A stretch of DNA of 64,000 nt from a bacterium (GTDB lineage Bacteria; Patescibacteriota; Minisyncoccia; UBA6257; 02-FULL-45-10c), in NCBI GenBank assembly GCA_030700025.1, contig JAUYKI010000010.1:16648-80647 (forward strand), read 5' to 3'. Within the stretch, counting starts at the first letter, position 1. Each line of letters starts with the position of its first letter. Below, one piece after another: positions 37,186 through 46,992 of this stretch. The notes below the pieces were generated by a model. The model saw nothing but the letters and a program-made list of their open reading frames with translations, was not told the origin of the DNA and did no database searches. The position numbers and the translations under genes were made by a program.

Positions 37186-39234
37186 ATGGACTTACAACGA
37201 AAACAATTTAAAACAGAATTTAACGGAAAACCATTAACTTTGGAGGTTTCCCAATTAGCCGGACAAGCCAATGCCGCGGTAATGGGAACTTACGGCGACA
37301 CCACAGTTTTAGTAACCGCGGTCATGAGCAAAAAGGACAAACCTGGGGATTATTTCCCATTAATGGTCAATTACGAAGAAAAGCACTATGCCGTTGGCAA
37401 AATTTTAGGCAGCCGCTTTATGAAACGCGAAAGCCGGCCTTCGGACGAAGCAGTTTTAACCGGCCGTTTAATCGACCGGACTATCCGTCCGCTTTTTGAT
37501 CAAAGAACCCGCCGGGAAGTCCAGGTGGTAATAACCGTGCTTTCTTACGACGGAGAAAATGATCCGGATTTTATCGGACTTTTAACTTCTTCGGTCGCGC
37601 TGGCCACTTCTTCTATTCCCTGGAACGGCCCGGTAGCCGGAGTACGAATTACCAACGGCGACCAATTAAATACTTTTGTAGCCGGCACCGCCGATAAAAT
37701 CAACATGGTGGAATTTGAAGGCAATGAAGTCGCGGAAAGCGAAGCCGTCCAAGCCTTTACCCAAGCCCAGGTCCAGATTAAAGAATTAGTTTCCTGGCAG
37801 AAAAAAATTATTTCGGAAATTGGAAAGCCGAAATCCGAAATTAAACTCAATGAGCCAAAAGCGGAACTGCTGGCAGCTGCTAAAGATTTCTTAAAAGGAA
37901 GATTGGAAAAAGCGGTTTATAATCCGAGCAAAGCAGCGATGTATGAAAACTTAGATTCGCTTAAAGAAGAATTGAAAACCGCGCTCACGGAAAAAGAATT
38001 TTCCGAAGGCGACATTTCCGCGGTAGACGCTATTTTAGAAGAAGAAGTAAACCAATTAGTACACGAAAAGATATTAAAAGAGGAAAAGCGGCCGGATGGG
38101 CGGAAATTAAACCAGTTGCGCGAATTACACGCCGAAGCCGGAATCTTAAAACGACTTCACGGCTCCGCTTTATTCGTCCGGGGCAACACCCAATCTTTGG
38201 CTGTAACTACTTTAGGCGCTCCCGGAGACCAACAGCTTCTGGAAACCATGGAATTTTCCGGAAAGAAAAGATTCATGCTTCATTATAATTTTCCGCCATT
38301 TTCCACCGGAGAAGTGGGCAGAATGGGCGCTCCGGGCCGGAGAGAAATCGGCCACGGCGCTCTAGCGGAAAAAGCTTTGCGCCCGCTTATTCCGACTCAA
38401 GAAGAATTCCCTTATACCATCCGGGTAGTTTCCGAAATTCTCTCCTCTAATGGATCTTCTTCTATGGCTTCAGTTTGCGCCGGCAGTTTATCTCTGATGG
38501 ATGCCGGAGTGCCGATCCGCCGGCCAGCCGCCGGAATCGCCATGGGATTAATTCTGGATGAATCGGGAAAACAATTTAAGGTTCTCACCGACATCCAAGG
38601 GCCGGAAGACCACCACGGCGATATGGATTTCAAAGCTGCCGGAACGGAAAACGGAGTTACCGCAATCCAAATGGACGTAAAAGTTAACGGCGTTACCGTG
38701 GAAATTTTGGAAAAAACTTTGATACAGGCCAAAGAAGCCCGGCTCCAGATTTTAAAAACTATTACCGGAGCGCTTCCGGCGCCGCGCGCGGAACTTTCTC
38801 CGTTCGCGCCCCGGATTATCACTTGGAAAATTAATCCGGAAAAAATCGGCGAACTCATCGGCCCCGGCGGAAAAAATATCAACGGCATTATTGATGAAAC
38901 CGGCGTAACCGCGATTGATATTGAAGATGACGGCTTGGTGCTGATTACTTCTGTTGATGCCGCGGCCGCGGAAAAAGCTTTAGCCCGCGTTAAAGCTAGC
39001 ACTAAAGAATTCCAAATCGGGGATATTGTTGAAGGCAACATTGTAAAAATTCTGGAATTCGGCGCTATCGTGGAATTTGACGGCCGCGACGGCATGATCC
39101 ACGTTTCCGAACTTAAGGAAGGATTTGTTAAAAAAGTTGAGGACGTGGTTAAGCTGGGAGATTTTGTCCGGGCAAAAATCGTGAAAATGGATAACGGAAA
39201 AATCGGGCTTTCAATAAAACAACTCAACAAATAA
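37186..39234 (+). CDS. pnp: polynucleotide phosphorylase
   Basis: 682 aa; two RNase PH domains, KH (GPGGKNINGI) and S1 (GDIVEGNIVKILEFGA) domains. Confidence 0.9.
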   Translation: MDLQRKQFKTEFNGKPLTLEVSQLAGQANAAVMGTYGDTTVLVTAVMSKKDKPGDYFPLMVNYEEKHYAVGKILGSRFMKRESRPSDEAVLTGRLIDRTIRPLFDQRTRREVQVVITVLSYDGENDPDFIGLLTSSVALATSSIPWNGPVAGVRITNGDQLNTFVAGTADKINMVEFEGNEVAESEAVQAFTQAQVQIKELVSWQKKIISEIGKPKSEIKLNEPKAELLAAAKDFLKGRLEKAVYNPSKAAMYENLDSLKEELKTALTEKEFSEGDISAVDAILEEEVNQLVHEKILKEEKRPDGRKLNQLRELHAEAGILKRLHGSALFVRGNTQSLAVTTLGAPGDQQLLETMEFSGKKRFMLHYNFPPFSTGEVGRMGAPGRREIGHGALAEKALRPLIPTQEEFPYTIRVVSEILSSNGSSSMASVCAGSLSLMDAGVPIRRPAAGIAMGLILDESGKQFKVLTDIQGPEDHHGDMDFKAAGTENGVTAIQMDVKVNGVTVEILEKTLIQAKEARLQILKTITGALPAPRAELSPFAPRIITWKINPEKIGELIGPGGKNINGIIDETGVTAIDIEDDGLVLITSVDAAAAEKALARVKASTKEFQIGDIVEGNIVKILEFGAIVEFDGRDGMIHVSELKEGFVKKVEDVVKLGDFVRAKIVKMDNGKIGLSIKQLNK

Positions 39235-39367
39235 TCCCTCACCCTTGCGAAAGCTAACCCCGCCTTAAGGCGGGGTTTTTGCTTCAACAAAAAATAATTG
39301 CGCTAAAAATTACGATTTCTAATTAAATTATGGATTATATAATAATACTTTCGCAAAGGTGAGGGAT
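39234..39367. repeat. family B paired inverted repeat F4 (contains the pnp terminator)
   Basis: ATCCCTCACCCTTGCGAAAG...CTTTCGCAAAGGTGAGGGAT; interior holds AACCCCGCC-TTAA-GGCGGGGTTTTT. Confidence 0.6.
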
Positions 39368-39412
39368 TTTGTTTTCCACCATTCCGTTGTTCCCATATGA
39401 TATACTAAAAAT

Positions 39413-40648
39413 ATGGACGATAAACTTCAGGGAAATCAATTGCCGGCTAATCTGCCGATGACGATAGAGCCGGAAACTCCTAAACCATTAACCAATCAAC
39501 CCCAATCCGGCGGATTTTCCCGGCCTACGCCTCCGTCTTTGCCCGCTGAACCGCGTCCGCGAGAAAGCATAGCGCTTCCGCCTTTGCCCGTCCGAAGTCC
39601 CGCAATACAAGACGAAGAAGGGCGCTTCCCAAGGCCAATGACCCCTCCAACTCCGCCTCGACCGGTTTCTTTCACTCCGCCAATGCCGACAATGCCTTCC
39701 CGGCCAATACCCACACCGCCATTGCCCGTCCATAACTTTAGTGAAAGAGGGCTTCCGCCTAAATCTAATTCATCCGACATTTCCGTCCGAACTTTGCAAT
39801 CCGATTTAGAAGCTCTGAAAAAATCTCCAGCCGCTGTGCCAACGCCAAGACCCATTGTTCCGGCATCCGGAACGAGCCCAATTAAAGTAGAAGCGCCAAA
39901 AGCAAAATCCAAATTATTATTCATAATCATAGGGGTTTTAGTTTTGGGTGTTATTGTAGCGCTCGCCGGTTATTTTATAATTTTCCCGTATTTCTTCCCG
40001 ACCCAAACTCCGCCGCCGCCAATCACTAATGTTCCGGCCGCCAATTTAACTCCCTCCGCTCCAACCACTCCGTCTGGAAGCCAAACCGCGCCGCATCAAT
40101 CGCTTTTGACAGCGCCGGCAAATTCCCAAGCTCCGATAACTTTGGCGGGCCTGGATTCTTTCAGCGTTCAGCAAAATTTATTTTCTGAAGCCAGCAACCG
40201 GCCGGCCGGAAATGATATTCTAAAAGAAGTAGTTATTTCTAATGCTAACGGCCAAGTGGCTTTTGCGGATTTCTTCCCGCTTTTCTTGCCTGAATTCACC
40301 AATGCCCAATTAAATACTCTTTTTGAAAATGATTTCACCGTTTTAATGTATTATGACGCCAATGGTTTTTGGCCGATCTATGTTTCTAAATTAAAATCCG
40401 GCGCGGATCTGGCTTCGGCCAAAAATTTAATCAAAGGATTGGAAACTTCTTCCAATTTAACCAATCTTTATCTGGAAACTCCGGGAACTCCAACGGGAAG
40501 TTTCAAATCCGGATCCATTAGCGGTATTGCCACCCGCTATCTGCCATATTCCAAAACCGGCGCTTCGCTGAACTATGCCTGGGTTGGGGATAAACTGGTA
40601 ATAACTACTTCTTTCAACGGGCTTAAAAGGGTTCTGCCTGCCCTATAA
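39413..40648 (+). CDS. proline-rich membrane-anchored hypothetical protein
   Basis: about 150 aa Pro-rich N-terminal region, single TM helix (LLFIIIGVLVLGVIVALAGYFII), 220-aa C-terminal domain. Confidence 0.55.
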   Translation: MDDKLQGNQLPANLPMTIEPETPKPLTNQPQSGGFSRPTPPSLPAEPRPRESIALPPLPVRSPAIQDEEGRFPRPMTPPTPPRPVSFTPPMPTMPSRPIPTPPLPVHNFSERGLPPKSNSSDISVRTLQSDLEALKKSPAAVPTPRPIVPASGTSPIKVEAPKAKSKLLFIIIGVLVLGVIVALAGYFIIFPYFFPTQTPPPPITNVPAANLTPSAPTTPSGSQTAPHQSLLTAPANSQAPITLAGLDSFSVQQNLFSEASNRPAGNDILKEVVISNANGQVAFADFFPLFLPEFTNAQLNTLFENDFTVLMYYDANGFWPIYVSKLKSGADLASAKNLIKGLETSSNLTNLYLETPGTPTGSFKSGSISGIATRYLPYSKTGASLNYAWVGDKLVITTSFNGLKRVLPAL

Positions 40649-40654
40649 ACTAAG

Positions 40655-40800
40655 CTCAGCCGTACCACATCTCCTCTACCGCTCAAACTCCCGGCGAGAA
40701 TTTTCACTGGGTCTCGGGCTTCGCTCTTTCTACCTATTGGCGGAAAGCCCTGCCCGCTCAGCCTTCAGCCCGTGCTACGGAGAATAAGGCTTTCTCGCTT
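40655..40800 (-). repeat. mosaic GC-rich element C (partial homolog of element A interior)
   Basis: TGCCCGCTCAGCCTTCAGCCCGTGCTACGGAGAATAAGGCTTTC parallels 18296-18345; lacks the terminal helix and promoter. Confidence 0.45.
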
Positions 40801-40984
40801 AAATATTACGCGGGTATCGGAAGCAAGAATATTTTGCCTCTAAAAAATAAAGGTCTATCTTTTTCGGCCTTGATTAGACGGATTTAATAGCCTAGTCTAA
40901 GCAGTTGGAAAAAATCATTAACGCTTCCATTTGTATTATTTTTTTCTTGCATATGCTATAATAGTTATATAAATCAGTATTTTA

Positions 40985-41146
40985 AAAAATAGAGGATTGG
41001 AAACCCTCTTATAAGTACCTCTGGCAGTAAACCTGCCCTTACTTCAGCGTAGGGATTCCCTAAAAAGTTTCCATACGCCAAAAGCGTATTCCCGTAAAAA
41101 GGAGGTACGCCCTACGTTGAAGCAAGTGCAGGTTTTTTGTTTGAAA
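40985..41146 (+). ncRNA. candidate structured small RNA with intrinsic terminator
   Basis: 24-bp interrupted closing helix (41031-41054 with 41110-41133) followed by TTTTTT; internal ATACGC-CAAAA-GCGTAT hairpin; exposed AAGGAGG; no adjacent ORF. Confidence 0.35.
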
Positions 41147-41660
41147 TAAAAAAACACCCCTTTTCAGGGGCGGTAGTAGGAAGATAGTGGAGCGGTTAAC
41201 TCTGGGGATTTATATAGTCCCCCAAAGGATTTTAGCTAAATCCTTAGACGTATTACGTAATACGCATTTATCTATCAATCTATTAGTGCTTCTGGGAAAG
41301 GGTGTTTTTTGATTAACTTATATTCTATTCTAAAAGAATTTTCAAGTCAATACCAACCGCTTGATATACTACTTTTATAGTATCACAATCCTTAACGGCA
41401 CTGTTAATAAGTTGTTAATACTTATTTAGTGTATTTTCCTAAATCTTTTTGAATTTTTTTCTCTTGAGCTTCTATTTCAAATTGAATTTCTTCTCCATTA
41501 ACTCATAATTCCCATAAACTCCAGTTCCCAACGGACCATCTCTTGAGATAACGTCTATAAACATTTCCGTCATCGCAAACCACATATTCAAAATCGCCAT
41601 TTTTACTTCTAAAGAAATTTATTATTTTCATAATTTTATTATGACAAATTATTCTTTTAA

Positions 41661-42149
41661 TTAAAAACTTAATCTATCTTTAATAAAGTTTAAAAATGGT
41701 TGCCAAATAGGGCTTGTAATAATTGTTCCGATTATAGTAAGTAAAACAATTTTTAAATCTCCAAATTCCTCTGGAAGATATTTAAAATAAAAATATGATT
41801 TTCTTAGAAGCTTCTTGCCCTTACTAGTTAAATATAAATACTGTCCAGTAACTATTTTAACCCCATCTTCGTCTGAAGAAGTGAGGGCGCCATTAGTTTC
41901 CGTAACTCTTTCTATTAAATATCCATCTTCTAAGCATTCGTCTACTAAATATCTTATCTTTTTCCATTCTTCTCTATTAGTTTCTAAAATTTTTCTTATA
42001 TCTAGTCCGTATTTCTTTTTACCAACATACGCAAAAAAATTTCCTCTTTCAACACCCTCTTTGATGGCATCAATTTTTGTTTGATGCCCCAATTCGGGAG
42101 AAGAATGATAATCTCGTAAATAACTGACTATTTCTCTTTCTTCCCACAT
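41661..42149 (-). CDS. AT-rich hypothetical protein with C-terminal TM helix (162 aa)
   Basis: about 30% GC; no known motif. Confidence 0.45.
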   Translation of the reverse strand: MWEEREIVSYLRDYHSSPELGHQTKIDAIKEGVERGNFFAYVGKKKYGLDIRKILETNREEWKKIRYLVDECLEDGYLIERVTETNGALTSSDEDGVKIVTGQYLYLTSKGKKLLRKSYFYFKYLPEEFGDLKIVLLTIIGTIITSPIWQPFLNFIKDRLSF

Positions 42150-42227
42150 ACGCCTTATTTTACTCCAAAATACGCTTTTTTCAATTTTTTAGTATTAGTA
42201 TTCGCTTGTTTTTTAAGAAATAGGTAC

Positions 42228-43805
42228 CTAACTATTCTCCCGCAAACGATACTGGAACGCCTCGGCTAAATGCCCGGCGGTTATATTTTTGGCTTCTTCC
42301 AGGTCCGCGATAGTCTGGGCGGTTTTTAAAACGCGGTAATAACTGCGCGCGGATAAAAGCGATTTTTCAAACATATCTTTTACAAAATTATCCGCTTCTT
42401 TATCCAATTTAATAATTTCATCACAGGCCTTAGAACTCATTTCCGAATTGGTGAAAAACGGCAGGCCTAGTTTTTTAAAACGTTCCCGCTGAGCTTCTCT
42501 GGCTTGAATAATTTTTTTCCGCATTACATCCGCTGATTTCACGTCCCGGTTTTTATTCTGCAATTCTTCCACTTTTACCCGCGGGACATTAATCTGTAAA
42601 TCAATCCGGTCCAACAACGGCCCGGAAATTTTCTTTTGATAGCGGAACACCTCAAACGCCGAACAACGGCATTCTTTTTCCGGATCGCCGTAATAACCGC
42701 ACGGGCAGGGGTTCATAGCCGCTACCAGCATAAATTGCGCTGGAAAAGTTAAGTGTCCCTTAGCGCGCGAAACTAAAACTTTTCCGCTTTCAATCGGCTG
42801 GCGAAGCGCTTCCAGCAAATCCCGCCGAAATTCCGGCAATTCGTCCAGAAATAAAACTCCACGATGCGCCAAGCTGATTTCTCCCGGACGGGGATTTTGC
42901 CCGCCGCCGATTATCGCCGGAAGCGACGCGGTTTGGTGCGGCGCCCGGAACGGACGCCAATTAATAAAATAATTTTTCTCCAGCATTCCGGCGGCGCTGT
43001 ACACCTTGGTAATTTCCAAAATTTCTTCTTCGCCGGGCGCCGGTAAAATGGAATTCAGCGCTTGCGCCAGCATGGATTTTCCCGCTCCCGGACTGCCCTG
43101 CATTAAAAGATTATGCCCGCCGGCCGCGGCAATCATTAAAGCCCGCTTGGCATTTTCCTGGCCTTTAATATCCGCGATATCCACCATAGAATGCTCGGAA
43201 GATAATGACGGCTGGATTGGAGTTCTTGGCTGGTGGGCGATTACATTCCGATTTTCCAAATGGTTGATAATTTCTAAAAGATTATTAACCGGAATAACTT
43301 TTACTTTATCCGCCATCGCCGCTTCCACCGCGTTTTCTTTGGGAACAAATAATTCGGCAAAGCCCTCCTCTTTTGCCATCTGGGAAATATTTAAAACTCC
43401 GCTTACCGGACGAAGCGCTCCGTCCAGCGCCAGTTCGCCGATAAAAAGTTTAGTGGCGCTTTCAAAATCTTTAATTTGCTTGGTCGCCAAAAGATAACCG
43501 ACGGCGATTGCTAAATCGTAATGCGATCCGGTTTTTTTCAAATCTGCCGGCGCGAGATTAACCACGATTTTCCGATTTTCTTTAGATGGCGGTTTTACAC
43601 CGCTATTTTTTAAAGCCGAGCTGACCCGCTCTTTGGCTTCCGAAAGCGATTTATCCGCCAATCCGACAATATTAAAACTATGGAGACCGACATTTATGTC
43701 GGTCTCCACTTCAATTAAATTCGCTTCAATTCCGTCAATTGAAGCCGAGAAGACCTTAGATAGGTTCATTCCTAATATATTAGAGGCAAAAGAATTAAAA
43801 ATCAA
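42228..43805 (-). CDS. comM: Mg-chelatase-like AAA ATPase ComM/YifB family
   Basis: N-terminal Lon-like domain, AAA core (GSPGAGKSMLA), C-terminal ChlI-like region. Confidence 0.85.
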   Translation of the reverse strand: MIFNSFASNILGMNLSKVFSASIDGIEANLIEVETDINVGLHSFNIVGLADKSLSEAKERVSSALKNSGVKPPSKENRKIVVNLAPADLKKTGSHYDLAIAVGYLLATKQIKDFESATKLFIGELALDGALRPVSGVLNISQMAKEEGFAELFVPKENAVEAAMADKVKVIPVNNLLEIINHLENRNVIAHQPRTPIQPSLSSEHSMVDIADIKGQENAKRALMIAAAGGHNLLMQGSPGAGKSMLAQALNSILPAPGEEEILEITKVYSAAGMLEKNYFINWRPFRAPHQTASLPAIIGGGQNPRPGEISLAHRGVLFLDELPEFRRDLLEALRQPIESGKVLVSRAKGHLTFPAQFMLVAAMNPCPCGYYGDPEKECRCSAFEVFRYQKKISGPLLDRIDLQINVPRVKVEELQNKNRDVKSADVMRKKIIQAREAQRERFKKLGLPFFTNSEMSSKACDEIIKLDKEADNFVKDMFEKSLLSARSYYRVLKTAQTIADLEEAKNITAGHLAEAFQYRLRENS

Positions 43806-43854
43806 TAATCAAAAAATAAAGCCCCGCAAGGCGGGGCAATATTTTAGTTCTTAG

Positions 43855-44190
43855 TTATTTATTTTTACAGTCCTTGCAAAAGCGGGACTCCGGATTTACC
43901 CGCAGAACCTCCATCGAAATTTCCATGCTGCACTTCTCACATTTACCATAATTTCCCCGGACAATTTTTTCTATCGCGTTTTCTACGTCGCCCAGCCGTT
44001 CCTTTAAAGCTTGCTGAACACCCAACTGCAATCCTTCTTCTTCAGCTTCGTCCGCTTCTTCTTCAAATACTCCGCCTTCCGTGTCACTGCCAAAATCCGG
44101 AGACTTTTTGGCGTCTTTTATTTCCACCTCCAGCTCACCAGCGGTTTTTTCTAATTGTTCTTTTAAATCTTGTAATATTTTTGAGTCCAT
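43855..44190 (-). CDS. DksA/TraR-family C4 zinc-finger protein
   Basis: CEKCSMEIS...CKDCKNK C4 finger after an acidic coiled-coil. Confidence 0.7.
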   Translation of the reverse strand: MDSKILQDLKEQLEKTAGELEVEIKDAKKSPDFGSDTEGGVFEEEADEAEEEGLQLGVQQALKERLGDVENAIEKIVRGNYGKCEKCSMEISMEVLRVNPESRFCKDCKNK

Positions 44191-44307
44191 AAATAAAATG
44201 TTACTACACCTGCTCGATTTAGCAAGCCACTTTACAAATAAATAGCTTCGTGGTACAATACGCGCAGTTCTCTAAAACTGAATTAAAACTGTCTGAAGGA
44301 GGCAACC

Positions 44308-44934
44308 ATGGCCCAGCGATTCTATCCGCTTTTGGAAGAAGCTCTGGAAGTTGGTTTGGAAACAACGGTTCTCGCCGAAGACGCAAATGGCATCAGCTTG
44401 CCGGAGGGATTTCTGGTTCGGAATCCCAATGACCGGGGAAATAAGCCAAACGCGAAAACTGTTTCTCTGACCCATCCAGGTACGGTGATCCATCACGTTC
44501 CGAACGTAATGGCCGAACTGCTAATTCCGACAACCGAAGCCCAAATTTTGCGGGTAATTCATTTCCATCACATTCCTCCGGGAATCAAAATCCAATTTCA
44601 AAGATTAAATTTCCGGCAGTCGCCGAATCGCGACTTCACGGGATTGATTTGCGGAAGATCCGGAGAAGCGCAAGCTTTTCCAATCCGCCAGCGGGATAAC
44701 AGTCCCTATGCGAATCTGGATTTCTTTTCCAAAACTAAAGAATGGAATCCGCTTTTCGTGAAATACCGGCGGCAAACGCCGCTTAAAGACGCGGAGTTCG
44801 GTTATTTGGAAATTCAGGCGGGAAGAATTCCGCCGAAAATGAAAAATACCGAGGATTCGTATGTCATTGTGGCGCGAGTCCCGGAATCTGCGGTTCCGGA
44901 ATTTCTGCGAACGGCTCAAACTTTTCCAAAATAA
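44308..44934 (+). CDS. hypothetical protein (208 aa)
   Basis: GGAGG RBS; terminator hairpin 44945-44984. Confidence 0.5.
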   Translation: MAQRFYPLLEEALEVGLETTVLAEDANGISLPEGFLVRNPNDRGNKPNAKTVSLTHPGTVIHHVPNVMAELLIPTTEAQILRVIHFHHIPPGIKIQFQRLNFRQSPNRDFTGLICGRSGEAQAFPIRQRDNSPYANLDFFSKTKEWNPLFVKYRRQTPLKDAEFGYLEIQAGRIPPKMKNTEDSYVIVARVPESAVPEFLRTAQTFPK

Positions 44935-44985
44935 TTCTGGATGGTGTCCCACGCCAAACTCATTCTTATTTGTTTGGCGTGGGGC

Positions 44986-45014
44986 TTGACAACGGCTTCG
45001 TTCTATGGTAGTAT
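44986..45014 (+). promoter_or_regulatory. sigma70-like promoter
   Basis: TTGACA - 17 nt - TAGTAT upstream of the 45101 gene. Confidence 0.4.
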
Positions 45015-45100
45015 TTACCATAGACCTTTGAAGCTGGGGAATCCGAAAGGAAACCCCAAAACCAAGCCCCTGTGGGCAATTCCCAAGGAGGACAACGACC

Positions 45101-45871
45101 ATGGAACGATTGACGCCGGAACAGAAGGATCAGAAGTACGGACCGGTCGCGCAGCTGTGCATCGCGGCGTGCCGGGCGCACGGAGAGATCCACAAGGCCA
45201 ACGGCAAGAACAAGGAGAAGCCGGGAACGGTTTCTCCCGAGACGATTCAGGAGCTGGTGACCGGGGCCCGGGCGGCTGACGAAGCCATTCGGAACGCCAC
45301 GGCCAGCTACACGCAGGACGACATTCGGCTGATGGCTGCCTACCTCGAGCAGGCGGTGGTGCGCGTTGCGCTCACCCCCGGCGAGAGCGGCGGACTGACG
45401 TTCGATGTCGGCGTGGCTCGCGGGGTGGTGAATGCCATCCAGAGCCTGCGCCACATGCCTGGGGTGGCGGAGAACTTCGTTCGCTACCACCTCCAGCGGA
45501 CTGGGACGTTCCTGGATCTGTGCGACGTGACCGGTTCCGTGCCGAAGTACGGCATGAACACCGCGAGCGTTCGCTACAGTCTGGAACGGCTCGCCAGCAA
45601 GATCGCCGAGGCTCGCAAGAGCTACGAGACGGCCAAGACTGAGGGTCGGCTTCTCGAGGCGGGAAACCTGGGTGTCGCGGTCGCGAATCTGAACGGGCTC
45701 AACAGCCGGGCCAGCTCGCTCTTCGAGCGGTGGCTCACTGAGCGGCAGCCGGCCACGGCCAACGCTTCCATCGGGGAGCAGGTCGGACCGGAAGTGCAGT
45801 CGGCGGTGGCGGTGGCGGAGACGACTCCGACGCCCGCTCCGGCACGGCGGCCCGCGCGTTCGCGTCGGTAA
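45101..45871 (+). CDS. hypothetical protein, GC-rich (about 62% GC), basic C-terminal tail
   Basis: AAGGAGG RBS 11 nt upstream; composition far from the window background. Confidence 0.5.
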   Translation: MERLTPEQKDQKYGPVAQLCIAACRAHGEIHKANGKNKEKPGTVSPETIQELVTGARAADEAIRNATASYTQDDIRLMAAYLEQAVVRVALTPGESGGLTFDVGVARGVVNAIQSLRHMPGVAENFVRYHLQRTGTFLDLCDVTGSVPKYGMNTASVRYSLERLASKIAEARKSYETAKTEGRLLEAGNLGVAVANLNGLNSRASSLFERWLTERQPATANASIGEQVGPEVQSAVAVAETTPTPAPARRPARSRR

Positions 45872-45962
45872 TCCTTCGGTCATCTCAGGCCGAGGGCAGT
45901 AACTGAGTTCCGGGAGCTCACACATTCGAAAGAATGTGTGAGCCCCGGGCTCACATTTTTTT

Positions 45963-45998
45963 GTATGCGAATGCCTTAACGAATAGGCACATACGAAT
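45963..45998 (-). repeat. PR-family core copy R3 (reverse orientation)
   Basis: exact reverse complement of the 36-bp core ATTCGTATGTGCCTATTCGTTAAGGCATTCGCATAC. Confidence 0.65.
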
Positions 45999-46200
45999 TT
46001 TTATAGAATTTATTTTTCACTCTTAGAATCTCTTTTTAATAATTGGATTCAGCCTCAAACTAAGAGTGAAAAATAAGTTCTTTAAGAAAAGCAATATCTG
46101 TACCAATATTTTTTACTAAAAATTATTTTGGGGAAATATTGGTGCAGAGATTGCACAAACTTGTGTCCGCAAGGCCACAAAATACAGGAAGGAGATACAG

Positions 46201-46992
46201 ATGATGAATCGACCGCCTCGACCGGATGATTTTCTCCGAGCGATTTCCATGCCTACGGCGCGCATTCCGGATCCGACCAAGGACTTCGGCATGTACGGCC
46301 GGATGGATGGAGCTTTTCAGGGAATTCACGAGTACCTGGATAGCCTCCGCAGCAGATACGGGCGGGTGGGCTATTCCGGCCAGAACCTGATGAGCGACCT
46401 GACCAAGGATTTCATCACCGCGGTTCAACACGGAGATGACGAAGAGGCAGCTCACATTCAGGTCGGCATTCGCCAGCTCAGCGCTGGTTTCGAGGAATCG
46501 GTCCAGGATGGCGCTCTGCCGGAAAGCCCGAATAACTTCAGCCGTACCATGTGGCAAGAGCACATGGAGGCCGAACTCTTTGGGAGGATCTGGCCCGTCA
46601 TCAACGGAAAGTCGGAAACCGTTCCCGAACTCACGAACTGGAAGGACTTCAAGGGAAACGTGCAGGCCTACCTGTATGGCTACCTGGATGTCGTCAGCGA
46701 GCTGGGCAAGTCGGTGACCGACGAACTGGCGAAGCCCGACATCACGACGGAGTACGAGTTCGCGGTTTTCGAGCGCTTTCTCGCCATCGCGGATTCGATC
46801 ACGCTTCGGCTTTCAGCCGAACGGCACATTCCGAATTACGTCATCAGCAACGGCTATGGCCGCTGGATGGCGTTCTCCAACAAGCTCCGGACTGCCTATG
46901 GCACCATCGCTCATGTTCGCCGCGAGTACAGCCTGCGGCGCAGCATGCAACGCATGATCCAGAACTCAGTCAAGTCCACCCAGACGGCCTAA
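46201..46992 (+). CDS. hypothetical protein, GC-rich (263 aa)
   Basis: GGAAGGAG RBS; GNRA-capped terminator CCCCGTTACG-GAAA-CGTAGCGGGG-TTTTTT at 47003-47034. Confidence 0.5.
   Translation: MMNRPPRPDDFLRAISMPTARIPDPTKDFGMYGRMDGAFQGIHEYLDSLRSRYGRVGYSGQNLMSDLTKDFITAVQHGDDEEAAHIQVGIRQLSAGFEESVQDGALPESPNNFSRTMWQEHMEAELFGRIWPVINGKSETVPELTNWKDFKGNVQAYLYGYLDVVSELGKSVTDELAKPDITTEYEFAVFERFLAIADSITLRLSAERHIPNYVISNGYGRWMAFSNKLRTAYGTIAHVRREYSLRRSMQRMIQNSVKSTQTA

Noticed and set aside
38412-39290. 292-aa ORF antisense within pnp
   Set aside because: Fully embedded in the well-supported PNPase gene on the opposite strand, with low-complexity Ser/Pro-rich translation.
44966-45925. 319-aa Arg-rich ORF on the minus strand
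   Set aside because: Antisense to the GC-rich gene 45101-45871. Long stop-free frames are expected by chance at about 62% GC, and it has no RBS and repetitive composition.
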